Positions 16,662 to 25,314 are shown, counted from the stretch's first letter. The stretch is DNA of 32,633 nt from Patescibacteria group bacterium (GCA_030917665.1 JAUPUH010000064.1:1-32633); one strand, 5' to 3'. The notes: generated from the sequence alone by a model not told the origin. Program-made: numbers and translations.

Positions 16662-17084
16662 TTATGATAAATTTACGACTTTATTACGTGGTCTCATAAA
16701 CAACCAGGTACCGAAGATAAAACCGGCAAACTGCACTAACATTTGTTTTATACCGCCAAACATAAAAATTTCAGAGATAAACGGGATGTAGATAGGAACA
16801 AAGTTTAAAAGAAAAAACACCATAATTAAAATACTGCTACGCAACCATACAGCATGAGTCTGTTCCTTATTCAAATTACTCCACAGAGTAATAATCCCCG
16901 AAGACAGGGATGCTCCAATAAAACAAATAAGGTAAGCGTGGGCGAAAAAAATAATATTCACAAAAACAGAGGGTGGATTTATATCACCCACACCCATCGC
17001 CACAAATCCAACAAAAAAATTCCAAGCTGAAATTATTACTGAAAAAATTATTAAATGAAGCACCACATACAGCCACTTATTCAT
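16662..17084 (-). CDS. small integral membrane protein (about 4 TM helices)
   Basis: The protein is hydrophobic throughout. I prefer ATG 17084 (MNKWLYVV...) because TATACT (17097-17092) lies 7 nt upstream. The track start is TTG 17108. I recognise no family. Confidence 0.6.
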   Translation of the reverse strand: MNKWLYVVLHLIIFSVIISAWNFFVGFVAMGVGDINPPSVFVNIIFFAHAYLICFIGASLSSGIITLWSNLNKEQTHAVWLRSSILIMVFFLLNFVPIYIPFISEIFMFGGIKQMLVQFAGFIFGTWLFMRPRNKVVNLS

Positions 17085-17123
17085 AGAATAAAGTATAGCA
17101 TGACTCAATCCCCGTGTAAGTAA

Positions 17124-18095
17124 TCACCAATGTGTTTTGATGTACTCAGAAGCTTCACTCATGGAATATGGCTGAGTTGAGTTCCCTACACGCACATAGA
17201 AATCCTCTTTTTTATCTCCATTATGTAAATATGCTGGCTTATGCCCTTCCCGAACTATAACAAGACAAATATCCTTTCCGTCTATAGTTTCGAAACTCGT
17301 ACTTACGTATTTTGTGAATGTCATGCCGATCATTGTCTTTATAAGCATAGTGATATGATTCTCAAAACCATCACGATTTTTCTTGGGCAAAGTCTTATAG
17401 TCATTTTCAAGTCCTACAACCCTTCCATCATCGTTAACACCTATAATAAGCGTTCCACCGTCTGCATTGAGAAAGCCGACAATCGTCTTTGTAATCATCT
17501 TTTCAAGCTCTTTGCTGATCTCACCCTTTTTCGCATCATAGCGCATTGTCTCTTTAAACTCGACAAAAAGTCCTTCACCCTTTTCTATGAGAATCTTTGG
17601 ATCGCGTGTAAGAAGACGTCCAGAACTACTATGCGCTAATTGCTTAATGACGTGCACATGCTCGTCGTAGTTTGAAACATTCTTTATCTTAGTCACCCGA
17701 CCATTACTATGCTCTAGAATGATGGTTGCATGATACATCATACGACTTATCGGACTTTGATATATCTCAACTGAAGCAACATCAGAGAGACTGACTGATT
17801 TCTTTCGGCGAAATATGAGACCTGATTTTCTAACAATCTCCTTTTCATGAATCTCGAAGCGTGCGAAATACCAGTCCAGAAACAGAATTGTTATGTACAC
17901 GAGCTGAAAACCTGAAAATGCAATCACTTCAAATATATCGAAACGGATAAATGCATGAAAATTAAGACTTTTATAAAGAAGCTCATAATTACCGAGGAAA
18001 GATATCGCGAAGAAAAACAGCGAAGCGATTATTTCCATTGTTAAGACGTTTCTCACGAAGACAAGCGGGCCTTCCTTTATGATGATTCGTCTCAT
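17124..18095 (-). CDS. membrane-anchored bacterial PH (bPH_2/YdbT-like) domain fused to AlbA_2 (Schlafen-type) domain
   Basis: An N-terminal TM hairpin is followed by EIHEKEIVRKSGLIFRRKKSVSLSDVASVEIYQSPISRMMYHATIILE, which is bPH-like. The C-terminal half, LFVEFKETMRYD...ITKTIVGFLNADGGTLIIGVNDDGRVVGLEND...FYVRVGNSTQ, matches the AlbA_2 pattern. Confidence 0.8.
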   Translation of the reverse strand: MRRIIIKEGPLVFVRNVLTMEIIASLFFFAISFLGNYELLYKSLNFHAFIRFDIFEVIAFSGFQLVYITILFLDWYFARFEIHEKEIVRKSGLIFRRKKSVSLSDVASVEIYQSPISRMMYHATIILEHSNGRVTKIKNVSNYDEHVHVIKQLAHSSSGRLLTRDPKILIEKGEGLFVEFKETMRYDAKKGEISKELEKMITKTIVGFLNADGGTLIIGVNDDGRVVGLENDYKTLPKKNRDGFENHITMLIKTMIGMTFTKYVSTSFETIDGKDICLVIVREGHKPAYLHNGDKKEDFYVRVGNSTQPYSMSEASEYIKTHW

Positions 18096-18113
18096 GTTCC
18101 CATCATACCACAG

Positions 18114-18806
18114 CTAAATTTTGTAGCCATTTATTCGGGTTCTTTTTATTGAATAAGCCATTGCTGGAATACCTGCGTCAATACCGATTCTGTTTGCGAG
18201 AGAACGCATATAGGTTCCGCTTGAGCATGCAACCTTCAATTTAATAATTATGAATCGTGTTGTTGCGAATTTTTCTCCGAATTCTCTCCATTTTGTGGAT
18301 ATCTCTTCTTGGCGGAAATCGCCTGTCACTTTTTTTATGTTTTCCAAAATAGTTTCTGAAATTCTTTGTCCGGAAAGAGCCTTTGAGCCGATTTGTTCAA
18401 TCAAAAAAATCTCAACGTCTTTGGTCGGCATTTCATCAGGTACTTCTCTCATTGCTAAAACCTTCGAAGAATACTTCGGATATTCCTGAGTAAACTTCCC
18501 TTTATATTTATCAAAATTTATAGCATCAAAATCTTTCTTTTCTGAGCTTTCAATCAATCCGAGCTGGTCATAGGTATCCGTTGAAACACCGAAGAGAACT
18601 TCGACTTCATACTCTTTATCCATTTTGAGATATCTTTCTTTGTCTTTACAATCCTCTCCAGCAAGAATAATAAGAAGGCCCTCTGCCATCGGATCAAGCC
18701 GTCCGGCATAGGTCATAGGAATATCTTTCGGTTTTCCGTATTCAGCACGAATCCTCTCAAGACATTCGAGGGGTGTCTCCCCTATATTTTTGTAGGATAA
18801 GTACAT
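18114..18806 (-). CDS. truB: tRNA pseudouridine synthase, TruB family
   Basis: TPLECLERIR...TYAGRLDPMAEGLLIILAGEDCKDKERYLKMDKEYEVEVLFGVSTDTYDQLG contains the catalytic Asp motif and the KxY motif of TruB. Confidence 0.8.
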   Translation of the reverse strand: MYLSYKNIGETPLECLERIRAEYGKPKDIPMTYAGRLDPMAEGLLIILAGEDCKDKERYLKMDKEYEVEVLFGVSTDTYDQLGLIESSEKKDFDAINFDKYKGKFTQEYPKYSSKVLAMREVPDEMPTKDVEIFLIEQIGSKALSGQRISETILENIKKVTGDFRQEEISTKWREFGEKFATTRFIIIKLKVACSSGTYMRSLANRIGIDAGIPAMAYSIKRTRINGYKI

Positions 18807-18951
18807 ATTGTTGTATTAGTGAATGTACTATATCATAGTACATGAGTCTGTTGCCTGTTCTTACATACTGGTTGTTTATTCAACAAGATTCCCGAGTTGC
18901 AATCTTCAAGAGTCTTGCGATCAGTATTTGAATCCTATAGCAGATCCCCTC

Positions 18952-18993
18952 GATACACCGTTGCCCTTACGAGCGGTGTATCCTTCTTTTTTT
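18952..18993 (+). terminator. orphan intrinsic terminator upstream of the hisS promoter
   Basis: Perfect 9-bp stem gatacaccg / cggtgtatc with a 13-nt loop, followed by cttcttttttt. No coding gene lies upstream on this strand. Confidence 0.7.
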
Positions 18994-19019
18994 GTAAAAT
19001 CTTCTACATTTGCTACAAT
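18992..19019 (+). promoter_or_regulatory. hisS promoter (leaderless configuration)
   Basis: TTGTAA (18992-18997), N16, TACAAT (19014-19019). The ATG at 19028 is 8 nt downstream. Confidence 0.5.
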
Positions 19020-19027
19020 GAGTACCT

Positions 19028-20320
19028 ATGAGTAAAAAACTATCGACTGAAGCCTATAAGGGCGTCCGGGACTTCTATCCTGAGGACATGGCCGTTCAGA
19101 ACCAAATCTTCACTATTTGGCGGAATGTTGCAGAAAAATTCGGTTATCAAGAATACAATGCTTCTGTACTTGAACCTGCTGATCTCTATCGAGCAAAATC
19201 AGGAGAGGAAATCGTCAATGACCAGACGTACACATTTACAGATCGAGGAGAACGTGAAGTCACCCTAAGACCTGAAATCACCCCGACTGTCGCTCGTATG
19301 GTTGCTGCGCGAAAGCGAGAGCTCGGCTATCCTCTTCGATGGTACTCAATTCCGAACCTTTTCCGCTACGAACAACCACAACGTGGACGTATCCGTGAAT
19401 TCTGGCAACTCAATGTCGATATTTTTGGTGTGGATAGTCTCCAGGCTGAAATTGAGACTATTCAAATGGCGTATGAAATCACAAAAGCCTATGGTCTCAC
19501 TGATGCAGATTTTGAAATCCGAATAAGTAGCAGAAAAATTCTCAACCATATTACCCAGACCCTCTTCGGTCTTGATTTTGAAAAATCACAAAAGCTTCTG
19601 AAATTAACTGACAAGAAGAACAAGCTTCCTACTGACGTCTTTACTGCTACAGCTGAAGGAATTCTTGGCGATGTGCCTGAGGGTAAAAAAATAAAGCAAT
19701 TCCTTACCCTTCTCAATTCGCAGAATTTCGAGGAGTTCACACAGAATCTCCAACAAAGCGCTGAAGAACATGAGGGGATAAGAGAAACAAGAGAGGTGCT
19801 CCAGGCCCTCGAGAAACTTGGCATTACAAATGCTCGGTTTGATCAAACACTTGTTCGCGGTTCTGACTATTACACAGGTATCATCTTTGAAGTTTTCGAT
19901 AAAAATCCCTTGAACCGAAGGTCTGTTTTTGGTGGTGGACGTTACGACGACCTTCTCGATCTTTTCGGTGGTGAAAAAGTTCCTGCAGTTGGGTTTGGGG
20001 CTGGTGATGTTATTGCCCGAGATCTTCTTGAAACATACGGCAAAATTGTAAAACCTGAATCCTCTTTCCCTGCCGACATCTATATCTGCCTCATGAACAA
20101 GGAAGTTGCTGAATACGCTCAGGACGTCGCTCAAGCACTACGTGGAAAAGGAAAACGAGTAGCCCTCGACTATTCTTTCAGGAAAATTGGGGATCAGATC
20201 AAGAACGCGAACAAAATACACATTCCTAATATCATTTGTATCGGTGAAGAAGAAGTAAAAACAGGAAATCTCAAGATTAAGAATCTAGCGACAGGAAACG
20301 AAGAATCTTATAAGCTCTAG
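19028..20320 (+). CDS. hisS: histidine--tRNA ligase
   Basis: KGVRDFYPEDM, the motif-2 segment RWYSIPNLFRYEQPQRGRIREFWQLNVDIFG, and the motif-3 segment GGGRYDDL with GFGAG are present. Confidence 0.95.
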   Translation: MSKKLSTEAYKGVRDFYPEDMAVQNQIFTIWRNVAEKFGYQEYNASVLEPADLYRAKSGEEIVNDQTYTFTDRGEREVTLRPEITPTVARMVAARKRELGYPLRWYSIPNLFRYEQPQRGRIREFWQLNVDIFGVDSLQAEIETIQMAYEITKAYGLTDADFEIRISSRKILNHITQTLFGLDFEKSQKLLKLTDKKNKLPTDVFTATAEGILGDVPEGKKIKQFLTLLNSQNFEEFTQNLQQSAEEHEGIRETREVLQALEKLGITNARFDQTLVRGSDYYTGIIFEVFDKNPLNRRSVFGGGRYDDLLDLFGGEKVPAVGFGAGDVIARDLLETYGKIVKPESSFPADIYICLMNKEVAEYAQDVAQALRGKGKRVALDYSFRKIGDQIKNANKIHIPNIICIGEEEVKTGNLKIKNLATGNEESYKL

Positions 20321-20335
20321 ACGACTCTGAGATAT

Positions 20336-20920
20336 ATGAGAAAAATAACTTTCGATATTGAAACACGGAATACTTTTCAAGATGTCGGCTCGACAGAGTC
20401 TTCTGCTCTTGATATTTCAGTCGTTTGTATTCATGATTCTTTGACTGACGAGTATTCAAGCTACCTCCAGGAGGATTTACCTAAACTTTGGCCGATCATC
20501 GAGCAGGCAGATATGCTCATCACATTTAATGGTGATCATTTCGACATTCCTCTTTTGAATAAATATTACTCTGGTGATCTAACAAAAATAAAAAGCTTGG
20601 ATCTTCTTGTGGAAGTACGAAACTCACTTGGGCGACGCATCAAGCTCGACACATTAGCCGAAGCGACACTTGGAAAGAACAAAAGCGGGCACGGACTTGA
20701 CGCTATCACCTGGTGGCAGCAAGGAGAAATCGAAAAGATCATCAAATACTGTATTGAGGATGTAAAGATTACAAAAGAAATTTACGAATATGCATTAAAA
20801 AATGGAAAGCTCAAGTATAAAGATCTTGGTGCAGGTGGAACTATTCGTGATATCAAACTTGATACATCAAAATGGGAAACAAAGAACGAAAGTTCAATGA
20901 CTTTCACGCTTCCTTTCTAA
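20336..20920 (+). CDS. RNase H-like DEDD 3'-5' exonuclease domain protein
   Basis: The acidic motifs ITFDIET, FNGDHFDIPLL and YCIEDVKIT occur in DEDD order. 194 aa. Confidence 0.7.
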   Translation: MRKITFDIETRNTFQDVGSTESSALDISVVCIHDSLTDEYSSYLQEDLPKLWPIIEQADMLITFNGDHFDIPLLNKYYSGDLTKIKSLDLLVEVRNSLGRRIKLDTLAEATLGKNKSGHGLDAITWWQQGEIEKIIKYCIEDVKITKEIYEYALKNGKLKYKDLGAGGTIRDIKLDTSKWETKNESSMTFTLPF

Positions 20921-20927
20921 TATTGAG

Positions 20928-22145
20928 CTAGGCAATATTTCTTCCAACCTTTGAACTAATGAAGAAGAGTATAAGTCCAAAGACTACGAGTGTAATAGAA
21001 ATGAACAGCGCGGTTATCGACCCTACATACTGCCAGAGAAAACCTCCCATGATTCCGGCAAACATAACACCAAACCCGATAACTGCATTAAAAACGCCGT
21101 AAGCTGTTCCTCTTTCAGATTCAGGGGTCGCTTTTGCAACGAACGCGCGCTGCGTTGAATCTGTACATGCGGAGAAGATTCCGAGTGTGATAAATGCAAT
21201 GACGAGTGTCGGAATAGTTTGCGAAAGCGCAAACATAAGATACGAAAGCATGAGAAGCATATAACCGAAAACCAGCACGCGTGCCGTACCGACCCCGTCG
21301 CTCAATTTTCCGGCTCCATATGAAAATATGGTAAATGAAATTCCGTAAACCATATAGAAAAGTGGAATAGAAGCGACTGTCAGACCAATCGAAAGAGCAG
21401 AAAGGAGGAGTACTGCTGTGGGCAAGCTACCGACTGAGAGAATAAAAATGGATATGAGATATATCCTGAAACGCTTCGGAAGGAGCTTGATTGCATTGAA
21501 TGAAAACTTTTTTGAACCACTGAGCACTGGGGCAATGAAAACATCTTTCACAAAAAAAACCGTAACGACAGAGAGAAGACCTATAACGAATGCAGTCATA
21601 AAGACTGTACTGAAGGCTCCTGGCCACTCTTTAAGGATAAGAAAAGCTGTGAGTGGTCCGAGAATTCCTCCCACCGTATCCATTGCTCTGTGATAACCAA
21701 ATGACCTCCCTATTTCGTGCGGTTCTGAAGAAACGGAAATAATAACATCACGAGGGGCTTCACGAATACCCTTCCCAACACGATCTATAACGCGCAGACC
21801 CAGTACACCAGCTACGCCACCCATAAAGATATAAAACGGCCGGACTGCAACTGACATGGCATAACCTACGAAAATAAATATTCTTCTTTTACGAATCTTG
21901 TCCGACAATTGGCCAGAATAAATCTTAAGAATATTTGCTGCACCATCAGCAATACCCTCGACAAGACCAAGTGATGCTGCTCCCGATTTCAACACCGAGG
22001 TAAAGAAGGCAGGAAATGATGAAAGTATCATTTCATTCGAAAAGTCATTGAAGAAGCTCGTAAGGCCGAGCATAAAGATGTTCTTGTTCAATCCGAAAAT
22101 CTTTTTTTGCTGCTGCACCGGAGGCATATCCGAAAAGTATACCAT
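20928..22145 (-). CDS. MFS transporter
   Basis: 405 aa with about 12 TM segments. An MFS loop motif GQLSDKIRKRR-like segment lies between TM2 and TM3. Confidence 0.85.
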   Translation of the reverse strand: MVYFSDMPPVQQQKKIFGLNKNIFMLGLTSFFNDFSNEMILSSFPAFFTSVLKSGAASLGLVEGIADGAANILKIYSGQLSDKIRKRRIFIFVGYAMSVAVRPFYIFMGGVAGVLGLRVIDRVGKGIREAPRDVIISVSSEPHEIGRSFGYHRAMDTVGGILGPLTAFLILKEWPGAFSTVFMTAFVIGLLSVVTVFFVKDVFIAPVLSGSKKFSFNAIKLLPKRFRIYLISIFILSVGSLPTAVLLLSALSIGLTVASIPLFYMVYGISFTIFSYGAGKLSDGVGTARVLVFGYMLLMLSYLMFALSQTIPTLVIAFITLGIFSACTDSTQRAFVAKATPESERGTAYGVFNAVIGFGVMFAGIMGGFLWQYVGSITALFISITLVVFGLILFFISSKVGRNIA

Positions 22146-22148
22146 GGA

Positions 22149-22177
22149 TTGACATATCGAATAAAGTACTATATATT
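22149..22177 (+). promoter_or_regulatory. sigma70-like promoter for 22251..22811
   Basis: TTGACA (22149-22154), N17, TATATT (22172-22177). Confidence 0.5.
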
Positions 22178-22250
22178 TTGAACTGAATAAATTTCAGTTG
22201 CGGATGCAGCTGATACGCACAAATAAACCCCAAAGCAGAATACCCCAGTT

Positions 22251-22811
22251 ATGACAACATTGATCAATACTCCTTACGGAATCTTCGAACCTGAAGACGC
22301 ACTCGCGGAGTTGTATGCAGCAAAAAGCTGGACCGCAGCCCAACTCGTCGCCGTGCTTGATGAGTTCTGGGCAAAGGCCCGAGATTGCGCGCGTCGCGCG
22401 AGTCTCTACATCGTCAATATGACGAATCTTGATTACCCGAAGAGAGTCATCTCGCGGGCGAAAGCTCTCATGCGGCTGTTTTCAAGGCCACAGACGAAAA
22501 GCCCTCGGCAGCGCTATGCGCATATCGAGAAGATGCTTCAGGAAGTTACTGCTCAAGCCGGCAAGCCTGTTGCGCTCAAACTCAGCTTCACCGGTGTGGT
22601 GAAAAAAGCTGACCTCGAAACTCTCCTCAACAACCATTGCGTCAGTCTTAGCTCGAAAGCAGAGCGGACTCGGCTTTTCCGGTTGGCCTCGATTAACCCT
22701 AACTTCGACGGCAAGGAAATCTCGGTCAAGGTCTCTCTCACGAACGCTTACGAAGCTTGGTCCCTTACCCACGCCATGCTCAAGCTCGTTCACGATGTCA
22801 AAGTTGTTTAA
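22251..22811 (+). CDS. hypothetical protein (GC-rich block 4)
   Basis: 186-aa ORF with a consensus promoter upstream and a hairpin terminator downstream. I recognise no family. Confidence 0.6.
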   Translation: MTTLINTPYGIFEPEDALAELYAAKSWTAAQLVAVLDEFWAKARDCARRASLYIVNMTNLDYPKRVISRAKALMRLFSRPQTKSPRQRYAHIEKMLQEVTAQAGKPVALKLSFTGVVKKADLETLLNNHCVSLSSKAERTRLFRLASINPNFDGKEISVKVSLTNAYEAWSLTHAMLKLVHDVKVV

Positions 22812-22842
22812 CCCAACCCCGATGGAGTATTAAAATTTCACG

Positions 22843-22877
22843 AAGTCCTGTTGCGCACGCGGCAGGACTTTTCTTTT
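22843..22877 (+). terminator. intrinsic terminator
   Basis: Stem aagtcctg / caggactt followed by ttcttttg. Confidence 0.7.
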
Positions 22878-22878
22878 G

Positions 22879-22912
22879 TAAAAGAAAGTGCCTTTGGTTT
22901 CCCAAAGGCACT
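22879..22912 (-). terminator. intrinsic terminator of the 637-aa gene
   Basis: Perfect 11-bp stem agtgcctttgg / ccaaaggcact with loop tttc. The T-run on the minus strand is the reverse complement of aaaagaaa. Confidence 0.8.
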
Positions 22913-22921
22913 CAGTGAATG

Positions 22922-24835
22922 CTAACAAATTAATTCCAATTCCTTTGCTTTCCTGCCTACCCGTTGGACAGCGACTTTAAAGTCGTCGTCTTCTCGGAAA
23001 CGCTTGGAAGCAAGGTTGTAAATGCTGGTAAACTCGTCCTTGTCGGTCTTGCTGATGATTTTCAGAAAGATCGACTTGGCGTCCGACCAGACAAGTTCGT
23101 TGTGGATAACCAAGCAGAGCATCCAATGTGCTTTCTTGATTTTAATGTGAAGTTCGTCGTCATCATTGGGGAAGTTTGGGACGTCAGCAGGGCTGATATC
23201 ACACTCCTCACAAACAAGTTCAACAACCTTCTGTTCTGCGGGATCAAGCTTTGCTGAAAGCGTAGGGAGTTTGGGGGGAGTGATTTTTGCTGGTAGCCCA
23301 AGTTCGACGGACTCTCCCGTCGCACTGAGCAGCAACTCATCTTCCCTCTTTTCACCCTTGATGACCTTTACAAGCTCATCAACAACCAACATAAACCTGT
23401 AATCCGCGGCGTATGCGGCGCGTGCTGTGCGAAGAATGCCGTGGAAGTCATAAATCGACTTCCTTCCAAGTGCCTTCAAGAAAATCTCTCCGGCAAAAGG
23501 ATGTTTGAGCTTTTCAGCAAAGATCAGTGCGAGCATCCGAGACGCTCGCAAAACCTTTGGCCCGAAGCCGCTCCCGTATGTCGAAGGCTTTGGTAAGTCT
23601 CCAGGCGTGAGGTCGTTGACCTTGCACACCAAGCCGATAATCCTCACCGTCTCTGGCTTTGCGAATTCGGTCTCACTGCTGACGAACGGTCTGCGTACGA
23701 CCGGTGGCCTAACAGCTTTCGGTGGAGCATACGAGAACACCCGTTCAATCGTATGACCCATGCCCAATTCCTTAATCTTCAGTCTTATCCGGTCTTTCCC
23801 TTTGAACTTACGGGCTTCATTCCAGACTTCGACTTGTTTTTCTTCTTGTATGCGAGCCAGTTCCCCAGCCTGCACGATGTAGAGCATGTCCTTGATCGGC
23901 GTAGGCGGAGCAAGCAGCTTCTGCAACTCGGGGTGAAGGTACTTGATACGTAGAATGCCATAGACATTCAACATGTCGAGTCCGCATGATTCAGCAAGGC
24001 TCTGAGCATTCGCCTTTTGTGCTATAAGCCACTGTGCAAACACGGCGCTCATTTTCATCGCACTGTAATCCAGAACCTCACCCTCTGCACAATACTTCCT
24101 CACGAAAGCAGCGAACAGTGGATTTGATTGTGCCCTTAACGCCAACTCATGTTTCATTGGTTCGTCAGGGTTTACCTCCACTGGCTCATGGAGTTCAACT
24201 GGACTTGAAGGAGCAGCCGGCAAAGATGGCGGTAGTTCTGGCTGCTTGAAGTATTCCCGAACGTATGCAGAATCAGGGAGGCCCGACAGAGACGATTTCT
24301 TCATGCTCGGAACCGACAGCGACGCTGGGGCCGACGGTTCGGCAAGATCAAGTCTTACCACCACCTCTTTTTCTGCCGGAGGTGGCGTGAGAAGTTCCTT
24401 GAGCTTTTGGGGATGAAGCACTTCGCATTCGAACTCCCAATCAGCAATCGTGTCGCCAATACCCATTATGCCAATCTTTTTGCCATCTCTCGACTGAATG
24501 AGCATCGTACGACCTGTTTCGATTTCTCGACACATGCCTTGAAATACTCGCATCAAGCGAAATGGTCCGCAGTTCTGTCCGTCCGGGACGCGGTGTTCAA
24601 GCAAAAATACAAAAGTACTGCTTGCAACATCACCGAGCTCGGGTGTAGACGCCTGAGTGTACTTGGGCGCGTTTGAGACCGCACCAATTTTGGCAAAGCC
24701 GAATTCTTGAAGGAACTCGACCGCTTTTGAATCCTTTTTGTCACTGCTAGCTTTCGCATCACATGTGACCCTCACACTGAGAATCCTCAAAACCTTTTGT
24801 GAGGCTCTTGAGGGTGCTCCATTTTTATTGTTCAT
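22922..24835 (-). CDS. large DNA-binding-type protein: unknown N-domain, Pro/Ser linker, ParB-like HTH, two DnaA-domain-IV-like modules (GC-rich block 4)
   Basis: 637 aa. The ParB-HTH-like segment is QSLAESCGLDMLNVYGILRIKYLHPELQKLL. The first DnaA_C-like module is VRIIGLVCKVNDLTPGDL...VLRASRMLALIFAEKLKHPFAGEIFLKALGRKS. The second is VVELVCEECDISPADV...IKKAHWMLCLVIHNEL. Confidence 0.75.
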   Translation of the reverse strand: MNNKNGAPSRASQKVLRILSVRVTCDAKASSDKKDSKAVEFLQEFGFAKIGAVSNAPKYTQASTPELGDVASSTFVFLLEHRVPDGQNCGPFRLMRVFQGMCREIETGRTMLIQSRDGKKIGIMGIGDTIADWEFECEVLHPQKLKELLTPPPAEKEVVVRLDLAEPSAPASLSVPSMKKSSLSGLPDSAYVREYFKQPELPPSLPAAPSSPVELHEPVEVNPDEPMKHELALRAQSNPLFAAFVRKYCAEGEVLDYSAMKMSAVFAQWLIAQKANAQSLAESCGLDMLNVYGILRIKYLHPELQKLLAPPTPIKDMLYIVQAGELARIQEEKQVEVWNEARKFKGKDRIRLKIKELGMGHTIERVFSYAPPKAVRPPVVRRPFVSSETEFAKPETVRIIGLVCKVNDLTPGDLPKPSTYGSGFGPKVLRASRMLALIFAEKLKHPFAGEIFLKALGRKSIYDFHGILRTARAAYAADYRFMLVVDELVKVIKGEKREDELLLSATGESVELGLPAKITPPKLPTLSAKLDPAEQKVVELVCEECDISPADVPNFPNDDDELHIKIKKAHWMLCLVIHNELVWSDAKSIFLKIISKTDKDEFTSIYNLASKRFREDDDFKVAVQRVGRKAKELELIC

Positions 24836-24881
24836 GAACTTACCTTTCTACCTCTCAAGAGGTGTTGGTTTGACTAGCAAA

Positions 24882-24910
24882 AAATTATCACAGTTTTGGT
24901 GGTCTGACAA
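24882..24910 (-). promoter_or_regulatory. promoter of the 637-aa gene
   Basis: The minus strand reads TTGTCA (24910-24905), N17 ending in TGa, TAATTT (24887-24882). Confidence 0.5.
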
Positions 24911-24926
24911 TGATTATGCCAATGTA

Positions 24927-24955
24927 TTGACATTTACTTTAATATGTTGTAATTT
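24927..24955 (+). promoter_or_regulatory. divergent promoter for 24988..25314
   Basis: TTGACA (24927-24932), N17, TAATTT (24950-24955). SD AGGAG (24977-24981) lies 6 nt before the ATG. Confidence 0.55.
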
Positions 24956-24987
24956 ATGGATAAACAACAGTTCACCAGGAGAAAAAT

Positions 24988-25314
24988 ATGACTCAAGGAC
25001 TAATTAGTATTGTGCAGGACGGTAAGGTCGTCATGAAAATCATCACAGGAGCAGATGGTCAGTGTGCCAGCAAAGTCGCAAAGGCGATCAAGAAGCTGGG
25101 GCACATTCCAGAACCAGAAGAAGCTTACGACCTTGCTCTGAGACATGGGTTCGGCCACGAGAGTTCACTTGTGGTAATGAACGGTAAGGAAACATTTCAC
25201 AAAACTGATACAGAAGGGTTCGAAAAGGGTTATCGTCAGACTTTTGACAACCCTGAATTCAATCCACGCTGGGATCACGGAACCGCTGATTACACTCAAA
25301 TCGTGCACTTGTGA
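24988..25314 (+). CDS. small hypothetical protein
   Basis: 108 aa with a good promoter and SD. I recognise no family. Confidence 0.6.
   Translation: MTQGLISIVQDGKVVMKIITGADGQCASKVAKAIKKLGHIPEPEEAYDLALRHGFGHESSLVVMNGKETFHKTDTEGFEKGYRQTFDNPEFNPRWDHGTADYTQIVHL

Noticed and set aside
18808-18993. I considered a T-box riboswitch leader for hisS.
   Set aside because: There is no T-box consensus (GGUGGUACCGCG-like) and no AGAGA or specifier-loop arrangement. The best hisS promoter lies downstream of the terminator.
18823-19035. A 70-aa plus-strand ORF lies upstream of hisS.
   Set aside because: It reads straight through an intrinsic terminator and the hisS promoter, and its composition is implausible.
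23101-23109. A perfect DnaA box (the reverse complement of tgtggataa is TTATCCACA) occurs here. Scattered 8/9 matches occur at 12104-12112, 25851-25859, 19434-19442 and 9541-9549. I considered whether these mark an oriC.
   Set aside because: The sites are isolated and mostly intragenic. They are not clustered with an AT-rich unwinding element, and no dnaA or dnaN gene is nearby.
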